A stretch of 64,000 nucleotides of DNA, taken from positions 82,274,001 to 82,338,000 of the forward strand of contig OX597821.1 in the NCBI GenBank assembly GCA_951406725.2, in the 5' to 3' direction. The position numbers were made by a program, and so were the translations under genes. The notes under the pieces are model-generated. The model was given only the letters and a program-made list of their open reading frames with translations. It was not told the origin of the DNA and made no database searches. This stretch comes from Octopus vulgaris (lineage: Eukaryota). This document shows, piece after piece, positions 54,847 through 64,000 of this stretch (its first letter is position 1; each line of letters starts with the position of its first letter).

Positions 54847-55520
54847 GGTGCTTTTCACGTGCCACCTGCACAGGTGCCAGTCAGAGCTGGCGAACGGCCA
54901 CGAACGGATGGTGCTTTTACGTGTCACCGGCACGGGGCCAGGCGATGCTGGCAACGGACACGAACGGATGGTGCTTTTATGTGCCACCGACACGGGGCCA
55001 GACAGAGCTGGCAAACGGCCATGAACGGACGGTGCTTTTACGTGTCACCGGCACGGGGGCCAGCCGAGGCTGGCAACGGACGCAAACGGATGGTGCTTTT
55101 ACGTGCCACCGACACGGTTGCCAGACAGAGCTGGCAAACGGCCACGAACGGACGGTGCTTTTACATGTCACCGGCACAGGGGCCAGCCGAGGCTGGCAAC
55201 GGACACGAACGGATGGTGCTTTTATGTGCCACCAACACGGCGCCAGACAGAGTGGCAAACGGCCATGAACGGATGGTGCTTTTACGTGCCACCGACACGG
55301 GGCCAGACAGAGCTGGCAAACGGCCACGAACGGACGGTGCTTTTACGTGTCACCGGCATGGGGCCAGGCGAGGCTGGCAACGAACACGAACGGATGGTGC
55401 TTTTACGTGCCACCGACACGGGGGCCAGGCAGAGCTGGCAAACGGCCACGAGCGAATGGTGCTTTTACGTATCACCGGCACGGGTGCCAGACGAGGCTGA
55501 CAGCGGACACGAATGGATGG
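54847..55520. repeat. tandem array of eleven ~61-bp units in the LINE 3' UTR
   Basis: GGTGCTTTT recurs at about 54847, 54910, 54970, 55031, 55092, 55154, 55215, 55275, 55336, 55396 and 55458. Confidence 0.95.
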
Positions 55521-55567
55521 GTCACTTAACCCCTGCTTTCTGATATATGATTTGATTTTGATTGTTC

Positions 55568-57016
55568 TCACTGGTCTTGCCGGGTCTTCTCACGCACAGC
55601 ATACTTCCATAGATCTCGGTCTCTGGTCATTTCCTTGGTGAGACCTAGAGTTCGAAGGTCGTGCTTCACCACCTCGACCCAGGTTTTCTTGGGTCTACCT
55701 CTTCCACAGGTCCCCTCAACTGCCAGGGTGTGGCACTTTTTCACACACCTATCTTCATCCATTCTCACCACATGACCATACCAGCGCAATCGTCTCTCTT
55801 GCACACAACATCTGATTCCTCTTAGGTCCAACTTTTCTCTCAAGGTACTTACACTCTGTCGACTATGAACACTGACATTACACATCCAACGGAGCATACT
55901 AGCTTCATTTCTCGTGAGCTTACGCATGTCCTCAGCAGTCACGGCCCATGTTTCACTGCCATGTAGCATGGCTGTTCGTACACATGCATCATACAGTCTG
56001 CCTTTTACTCTGAGCGAGAGGCCTTTAGTCACCAACAGAGGTAAGAGCTCCCTAAACTTTGCCCAGGCTATTCTTACTCTAGCCGTTACACTTTCAGCAC
56101 ACCCACCCCCACTACTGACTTGGTCACCAAGATAACGGAAGCTATCAACTTCTTCTAGTTTTTCCCCCTGGAAAGTGACGGAAGTTGTTTTCTGCAGATT
56201 TTCAGAGGTTAATGCTCCCGAGCATCTGCCACATACAAAAACCATCTTCCTAGTTAGCCTTCCTATGACATTGCTGCACCTCTTATGTGTCCATAGCTTA
56301 CACTTGGTGCATCTTATAGAGTTTCTACCTACACCTTTTCTACAGATCGAGCAGGGCCATCTACCTAAAGGCGTTTGTGATTTGTCTACCTTCCTACTTA
56401 TTAGGACTTTGGTTTTAGCTAGGTTGACTCTAAGGCCCTTCGATTCTAAACCATGCTTCCACACCTGAAACTTCTTCTCCAGTTCTGATAATGACTCAGC
56501 AATTAGAGCAAGGTCATCAGCATAGAGGAGCTCCCAGGGGCATCCTGTCTTGAATTCCTCCGTTATTGCCTGGAGGACTATGATAAATAGGAGGGGGCTG
56601 AGGGCTGAGCCTTGGTGGACCCCTACCTCTACCCGGAATTCTTCACTGTACTCATTGCCAACCCTCACCTTACTAGCAGCGTCCCTGTACATGGCTTGCA
56701 CAGCTCTCACTAACCATTCATCTATTCCTAGTTTCCTCATTGACCACCATATGAGGAATCGGGGGACCCTGTCGAAGGCTTTCTCCATGTCAACAAAAGC
56801 CAGGTACAGGGGCTTATCTTTGGCTAGGTATTTCTCCTGCAGCTGCCTTACCAGGAATATAGCATCAGTGGTACTTTTCCCTGGCACGAAACCAAACTGC
56901 ATCTCATCTAAACTAACTCTCTCTCTAATTAGTTGGCTTATGACCCTCTCTGTAACCTTCATCACCTGATCCAACAGCTTGATACCTCTGTAATTATTTG
57001 TATCTAGGGCATCACC
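55568..57016 (-). CDS. LINE reverse transcriptase, uninterrupted but 5'-truncated (483 codons including the stop, from GDALD)
   Basis: NYRGIKLL, QFGF.PGKSTTDAI, AFVDMEKAFDRV, GVHQGSALSPLLF, YADD, FRYLG, RLRWYGHV, GRGRPKKTW. The upstream part of the track ORF (57017-57115) is microsatellite and SINE sequence. Confidence 0.9.
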   Translation of the reverse strand, partial: GDALDTNNYRGIKLLDQVMKVTERVISQLIRERVSLDEMQFGFVPGKSTTDAIFLVRQLQEKYLAKDKPLYLAFVDMEKAFDRVPRFLIWWSMRKLGIDEWLVRAVQAMYRDAASKVRVGNEYSEEFRVEVGVHQGSALSPLLFIIVLQAITEEFKTGCPWELLYADDLALIAESLSELEKKFQVWKHGLESKGLRVNLAKTKVLISRKVDKSQTPLGRWPCSICRKGVGRNSIRCTKCKLWTHKRCSNVIGRLTRKMVFVCGRCSGALTSENLQKTTSVTFQGEKLEEVDSFRYLGDQVSSGGGCAESVTARVRIAWAKFRELLPLLVTKGLSLRVKGRLYDACVRTAMLHGSETWAVTAEDMRKLTRNEASMLRWMCNVSVHSRQSVSTLREKLDLRGIRCCVQERRLRWYGHVVRMDEDRCVKKCHTLAVEGTCGRGRPKKTWVEVVKHDLRTLGLTKEMTRDRDLWKYAVREKTRQDQ

Positions 57017-57043
<27 letters not shown>

Positions 57044-57061
<18 letters not shown>

Positions 57062-57281
57062 ATGTGTGTATATGTTTGTGTGTCTGTGTTTGTCCCCTCC
57101 AACATTGCTTGACAACCGATGCTGGTGAGTTTACGTCCCCGTCACTTAGCAGTTTGGCAAAAGAGACCGATAGAATAAGTACTAGGCTTACAAAGAATAA
57201 GTCCTGGGATCGATTTGCCCGACTAAAGGCGGTGCTCCAGCATGGCCACAGTCAAATGACTGAAACAAGTAAAAGAGAGAG
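57044..57281 (+). mobile_element. family A SINE 3' half
   Basis: Near-identical to 54423-54665. Confidence 0.88.
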
Positions 57282-59277
57282 TATTTGTTTATATATTTGT
57301 TATTTTTTTCTCATAAGGCTCTTACATAACTATGAGTTATACATACATACATACACACATACATACATACATACATACATACAGCCTGTACATATACACA
57401 GCACAAAATTACATACAAGTTGCAAATATGTATATACTTACATACATATATTTGTGTGGGTGTGTTTACTTGTATGTGCATATACTAGTAGGTATATAGG
57501 TAGGTATATGTGTATGGATTATTCAAAACAGTGAAATGAAAAACTGATTAACTATACAATTTGAAAAATATAAAAAAAAGCATCTATTTTTGTATAACCG
57601 CTTAATCCAACTAATTTTTGGAGCAAGAATGAAATAAGGGAGAAAAATAGGACTTACATTAATATAGATTATACATTCATATGGATTTCATTTTTATATG
57701 ACTTGTAGATAAATATGGAGTTGTGTATATGAAGTTGTACAAAGATAAGGATTATGCATGAGTGTGGAGTGAACATATCAGTTGGATTATATAACTAAGC
57801 TCTGTACGTAACTAGCAGTTATGCATAAATATTAGTTATACACAGAATAAATGTGAGTTTTATTTAGATGTAGGTTTGCTACATCACTACAGTATATGGT
57901 ACAGAATAAATAATTGTACTAAATTTGCTTGGTTTTTTTACTTTTGACCACAACTTTAGTCAATATGATGACCAAACAAACCTTCCATAAAACTCTATGA
58001 CATCATTTTCTGTTTGATGGCCAGACTAGTTCTCTTTGAAAAAATACACACGCAGATAGATATATGCATACGCATGCAGACATAAATACATACAAATAAG
58101 CACACACACCCACACACACACACACAAAGTAAGACAGGCTGGTGGCCTGTAATGACATACCAGTCATCGAATCTTTGGAGAAAAGACTGTAGTGCTGTAT
58201 CAGTTACATTGCTTTGCGCAATGATGTAATGATGTAATAATGTGTCTTTAAGTGTACGTATACGTACAAATGTATGCATTAATGCATATATGTTTATGTA
58301 TATGAGTGTGTGTGTGTGTGTGTATATATGTGTATGCATATGAGTGCACATGTGCATTCTATATGTGTGTGTATGAATGTATGTATTTTTGTCTGTATAC
58401 ATTACACACATATGTGTGTGTATGAATGCAGGGCCTGTAAGAGGTAATGTGGTTTTAGCTAGACCCTAAGCTTAAGTATCAGCTTATGGTCTAGAGCCAA
58501 GGAGAGGCCCATGGATATTTAAGAGACCCCCTCCTTCAAAAGAAAATCTCTCACAACTCTCTCTCCTTTAATTTTGAGAGGAACTCCCCATTCCATCAGA
58601 TAGTCATGGCTGGAATGCCTTTGATCATATGCTTTGTTCAAACAGGGTCAACTTAGGTCAAAATAACAACACTATCATAACCACTCCTAATCAAAACAGG
58701 CAATTCATGCCCTGTCAGGATATAGTCAAAGTTTGAAATGCCTTTGATATGCTAACCAATCATTAGAACTGCGTGTAGGAGATGAGGATTAATTGAACTG
58801 TCAAGTAACTGGTTCCTGCAATGTTTCCCTTACTATAGCTGGCATTAGCAGGTAAAAGACACATTTCTATTGAACAAAGTAAATGACAGGAGAACTAAAG
58901 GACATGGAAAAAGTTAGTCTCATCTCAAATTTGAAACAGATCAAATGGATTGCTCTTCTGCTGATTGATGGTGGCCCTCTGCAAGCCAGGAATATATACA
59001 GGGGCATGGGCTACTTTTAGTGAGAAGAATTTATGTAGAATGAACTGAACATCTTGTTAAGTGGTCTTGTGTCTAACCTCATTAGATCCCTGAAAAGATA
59101 ATCAATCAATATATACAATAGAACAGCAGAATTAGCGTCTGTTCAAAAGTGTGTAATAACATACAGACTTGTCCAACACTCAAAAATTTTATATGGAAGA
59201 GCCAAAAGTGGGCCAACCAGATGATGAATGTGCATCATAAGTAAGTTTTGGATGAGAATCAAAACTTAAGTCATATA

Positions 59278-59441
59278 GGCGCAGGAGTGGCTGTGTGGTA
59301 AGTAGCTTGCTAACTAACCACATGGTTCTGGGTTCAGTCCCACTGTGTGGCATCTTGGGCAAGTGTCTTCTGCTATAGCCCCGGGCCAACCAATGCCCTT
59401 GTGAGTGGATTTGGTAGATGGAAACTGAAAGAAGCCTGTCG

Positions 59442-59513
<72 letters not shown>

Positions 59514-59700
59514 TCCCCCTAGCATTGCTTGACAACCGATGCTGGTGTGTTTATGTCCCCCGTCACTTAGCGGTTCGGCAAAAGAGACCGATAGAATAAG
59601 TACTGGGCATACAAAGAATAAGTCCCGGGGTCGATTTGCTCGACTAAAGGCGGTGCTCCAGCATGGCCACAGTCAAATGACTGAAACAAGTAAAAGAGTA
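59278..59700 (+). mobile_element. family A SINE, full length, young
   Basis: GGCGCAGGAGTGGCTGTGTGGTAAG head through the AAAAGAGTA tail. Confidence 0.92.
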
Positions 59701-60164
59701 GGAGGTTGCTTCAGTGTCTTGGAAGCTTTGGATACAAACCTAAGAAAGGGAAACCAAAAGTGTAGCTCTTAGTGATAGTAACAAATATCGAAACAAGACC
59801 TCAGAAGACCAAGGAAGGAAAGGTTTCCATACCAAAAGCAGTCAAAATGAGGTTGGAACTCCTAAAAGGTGGGACAGGATTTGCTGGAAAAACATTAGAT
59901 CTGTCATTGAATAAACTTTGTATTATCATCAACAGCAAGATATTGCTTTCCTATTAAGGCCTTGATGTATTTAAATCATCAAAACTTCATAACACAGACT
60001 AATATGCAATAAAGTATATATCTTGAGAGTTTTTATATACTTTTTTGTTTGGTTGTTAGTTTGTTTTTAGCTCAGCGCTACTTTTGCCCCCCAGAAATGA
60101 GTACAGTAAGGTTGAATGAGAGACATTGATCATACTGAGCACAAATACTTGATCTCAATATTGT

Positions 60165-60836
60165 GAAGATATGTGGCTTAGAGTGCAGAGCATTCAGCTC
60201 ACAACCATAAAGTCATGAGTTTGATACCTGATAGAATGTTGTGTCCTTGAGCAAGACACTTTATTTCATGTTGCTCCAGTCCACTCAGCTAATAAGAATT
60301 AGTTTTTTTACCTGCAATTCAAAGGGCCAGCCTTGTCACATTCTGAGTAATGTTGAATCTTCCTGAGAACTAGGTTATGCATTAAAGGTATGCATGTCTG
60401 TGGAGTGCTCAGCCACATGTGCATTAATTTCATAAGGGGGCTGTTCCAGTGATTGGATCAACTAAAACCTTTGTCATCCTAACCAATTGTGTGCCAGTTT
60501 AATCCTGATATTAACATAGTCATGTATGTATATAAACTAGCACTCTGTTGGTTGCAATGACGAGGGTTCCAATTGATCCGATCAGCAGACCAGCCTGCTC
60601 ATGAAATTACCATAAATGTGGCTGAGCACTCCACAGACATGTGTACCCTTAACATAGTTCTCAGGGAGATTCAGCGTGACACAGAAACACAGGTACAACT
60701 CATTTTTGCCAGCTGAGTGAATTGGAGCAACATGAAATAAATGTCTTGGTCAAGGATACAACACATCACCAGGAATTGAACTCATGACCATACAATCGTG
60801 AGCCAAATACCCTTGGCACTAAGCCATGTACCTTCA
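60165..60836. mobile_element. tail-to-tail inverted pair of related SINEs (+ ~60165-60500; - ~60540-60836)
   Basis: Both carry a tRNA head, GTCCTTGA.CAAGACA.TTTATTTCATGTTGCTCCA and GTGGAGTGCTCAGCCAC, in opposite orientations. Confidence 0.8.
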
Positions 60837-60879
60837 CTATAGATGCATATACCACCACAAAATCCAGTCCTTATTACAG

Positions 60880-61250
60880 TATGGTGACTCGTGTGCCTCA
60901 GTGACCCTGAGAGCTATGACAGCAGAATGAAAGCTCCAGGTAGGAGCTCTCATGTTGGACAGGTCAAAGGATAGAGGCCAAACTAATATGGACCACAGAG
61001 GTAAAAATGGGTTTGTGTAGGGCCAACACCCCTATCTAGAAAAAAGCAAAGTTACAGAAGTGTTGGTGACATATTCAAAATCAGCAAGACTTGGGAGAAG
61101 GCCTACTTTCAGAGAAACATATGATGCTGCAAAATCCCAAAAGGCAGAGCTGAAAAACAGGGATCCAACTGGAGAAAGGCAGAAAAGAGAACAGTGGAGA
61201 AAAATCTACAATGACTTAAGCTCCACAAAGAGTGAAGGGCATGATTAAGT
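60880..61250 (+). mobile_element. degraded RTE-like 5' UTR
   Basis: GACCCTGAGAGCTATG..GGTCAAAGG.TAGAGGCCA..GGGCCAACACCCCTATCTAGAAAAA resembles recalled RTE 5' UTR motifs. Confidence 0.4.
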
Positions 61251-61773
61251 ATAGATGCATATAAACAATGTGTACATGCTGACAAAGGAGCCTCTGCATG
61301 GTCACTCAACCTGTTAGAAATAGCAACGAATAGCTTCACCAAATCCAACTTATTACCGTAAAATAAAAAAAGGACATATGAGCTGGCAAAATCCTAGATG
61401 CATTATGCCTAAATAAAAGACAGGATTACCACAGCTGGATTGTCTTTTGATAATAACTTTGCCTGATCAGCCAGAGTTCATTAAGGATGGAACAATACAT
61501 AATAAGAAAATCTGCAATTAACAGGCTCACAAATACAAATATATGTTTGGCATAGATATCGATATATACATGTTAGTATGTATCAATAAAGGTACAATGA
61601 TGATGATGATGATGATGATGATGACAGTTGTAGCAATGAGGAGGAAGAGAAGGGTGTGATGGCATAAATATATGTAAATATATGTCCTTGTGTTTCTGTG
61701 TCGCAGTATCTTGCCTATCAACTGTGTATATACATTAAGTATGATACATAGATTGTTATATTCATATATATAG

Positions 61774-61833
<60 letters not shown>

Positions 61834-61852
61834 ATATATATGTATATAAACA

Positions 61853-61895
<43 letters not shown>

Positions 61896-63469
61896 AACAC
61901 ACACACACTTATATATATATATATATATACTCTTCTGTTTTAAATTATTTAACTTCTTTCCTCTAAGGAAAGATCTGGTTTCTAACAAAGATAGAAATGT
62001 CCGTCATTCGAAGGTAAATAACGGAAACAATGTCACACTTGGTCTATCAGGTGTAGTGTTCACTATACATGCACCTTTGATGAGTTGTAGTGTCCCTGAG
62101 CACTATATACAATAATTTCATTATTATTATTATTTTGGGAAAATTATTGTACATTTTTAGTGTTCCACTTACAGATTGTATTTATAAGTATATGTATGTA
62201 TGTATGCATGTATGTATGTATGTATGTATGTATGTATGTATGTATGTATGTATGTATGTATAGACAAACAAATAAATATGATTGTTTTTTGAAATTTTTA
62301 TGTGAGAAATATTAAGCCTTGAATATGTAGGCCAAATGACCAAAAATACAACACACACCCTCATAATTATCATCATCACTGTTTTACCACCATCTTTTCC
62401 ATACTTGCATGGTTCAGACAGAATTTGTTGAGGAAGATTGTCTATGGCTGGATGCTCTCCCTGTCACCAACACTCACTTGTTTCCAAATAAGATTATATT
62501 TCTCCAAGGGCAGACTTGGCTCCACAGAGTACTGGAAATGAATGACACTGCTTGTATGACAGTGACACTCATTTACAACTATCAGGCAATGTCAAGACAC
62601 GGAGACTGAAACATTCACATACACACATATATCATCACCATCAGCAGCAGCAGCAGCATTTAATGTCCATTGCCCATGCTGGCATGGGTTGGACGGTTTA
62701 ATTGGGCTGGCACACTGGAAGGCTGCGCCAGGCTCCAGTCTAATTTGTCATGACTTTCTACGGCTGGATGCTCTTCCTAACACGACTGCAATTTTGTTTG
62801 GCTTGATGGGTCTTCTCAAGTACGACATAACGCCAAAGGTCTTGGCAATTGCTTCTGTGAGGCCCAATGCTCAAAAGGAGCTTGGCCACCTTGCCTCCAT
62901 GAGTCCTGCTTAAAACGAACTCAGCCACCTCAACTCTGTGAGGCCCAACACTTGAAAGGAACTCAGCCTTCTTTCAGTTTCACTCTACTAAATCCACCCC
63001 CAGGGTTTTGATTGGCCTGAGGCTATAGTGACAGACACTTGCTGAAGGTGATATGTAGTGAAACTGAACTCATAACCATGTATTTGGGAAGCAAACTTTG
63101 TAACAATACAGCCATGCCTACACCTTTCAGAAAACAATGTATGTCAGACAAAAACTTTTTGCAGCATTATTTTGTCATACACTCTTATGTTCTGAGTTCA
63201 AGTTCTGCCTTCCATGGTTGACTTTACTTTTATTCCTCACATGATTGCAAAGCAAACTTCTCAACCACACAGCCATGCTAAAGGTGGACTAATAGTCCAT
63301 ATCCTTCACACTTAGGAAGATGTATGAAATAAGAGCTCCCTTATTTGAAAATCAAGTAAGGCTTAGCAACAGGAAGGATATTTGGTTGTAAAATCTTCCA
63401 TAAAATTTTTTCCTCTAACACATGGTAGCATGGAAAATGAATATAAAACAAACATATATATATATATTA

Positions 63470-64000
63470 TGTCAGGTCACTTTTGAGTGCTACTGGTAAC
63501 ATGTAACCCAGTGTAACTTGTTGCATGGTTGGGTCGTCGGCGACTAAACCAGCAACCCCCACTAAGCTTGCTTGGTGAGGAGGGTGTTTATTGGACACCC
63601 TGCGGGATGAAAAACAAAACCCGTCAAAGGGCGGAAGAACTCTTGAGAGTCAACGGCCATCCAATAAATGTCTTAAGGCTGTATCATGCGCGGGGACATA
63701 GAAATAATCAGATTGAATACCCGATCGCGTAGTTAAACCATTGGGAGTGAAGGACTCCTAGCCTTTGTTAGGGCATCCTTCTAGGAGAAGGTAACTCAGG
63801 TAACTGGGATAACTCCGACATAAATCCTGCGGCTCAGTGGTTACCGATGATGTTGACTTGTTCTTCTTTTCGGATTATGGCTGCTGTTGCTTAGTGAGTG
63901 AGATTGACTCAGTGCACAGCCTTTCCTCACTTTAAAAAAAATCTTCTTGCACTGGCATTGCATGATAACAACATTGATTAAGCTTCGTGCAATGGCCATA
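63470..64000 (+). mobile_element. 5' end of a young RTE-like LINE running off the window
   Basis: Starts after (TA)n and retains CpGs. Contains GGGCATCCTTCTAGGAGAAGGTAACTC, similar to a motif recalled from RTE 5' UTRs. Confidence 0.5.

Larger units (their letters stand above)
54678..57017 (-). mobile_element. 5'-truncated young RTE-clade LINE
   Basis: RT ORF, 3' UTR and (GAT)n tail, bounded by (TA)n at both ends. Confidence 0.96.

Noticed and set aside
54847-55520. CRISPR-like repeat-spacer appearance, and the 256-aa ORF at 54730-55500
   Set aside because: The spacers are two recurring variants rather than unique sequences, there are no cas genes, and the context is a eukaryotic LINE UTR. 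The ORFs arise from GC-rich repeats.
58790-58975. Pbx-Hox site TGATTGATGG near Meis-type TGACAG sites
   Set aside because: The same 10-mer also occurs near 45770 and 48543, including in (CAAT)n-like sequence, so chance occurrence is plausible.

Overview
Eukaryotic, AT-rich, repeat-dominated DNA with no recognisable host protein-coding exon, most likely an intergenic or large intronic region. The SINE and LINE families and the dense (TA)n, (CA)n, (CATA)n, (GAT)n and (TAA)n microsatellites look like a coleoid cephalopod (Octopus) genome; this is inferred from recalled repeat sequences, not from a search. Almost all ORFs in the supplied track are microsatellite translations. The coding remnants I could identify all come from transposons: two 5'-truncated RTE-clade LINEs (one with an uninterrupted ~480-codon RT ORF that has a C4HC3 PHD-type finger inside the RT), three Penelope-like (Naiad-like) GIY-YIG fragments, an R4/Dong-like RLE C-terminus, and CR1, mariner and zinc-finger-tailed RTE relics. 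There are also many tRNA-derived SINEs and small MITEs with TIRs/TSDs. The most notable unannotated signals are five minimal type I hammerhead-ribozyme motifs (four within 30.6-34.3 kb), an 11-unit A/B-alternating hairpin array in a LINE 3' UTR, a 123-bp-arm ~94% identical palindrome, and systematic nesting of elements into microsatellites.
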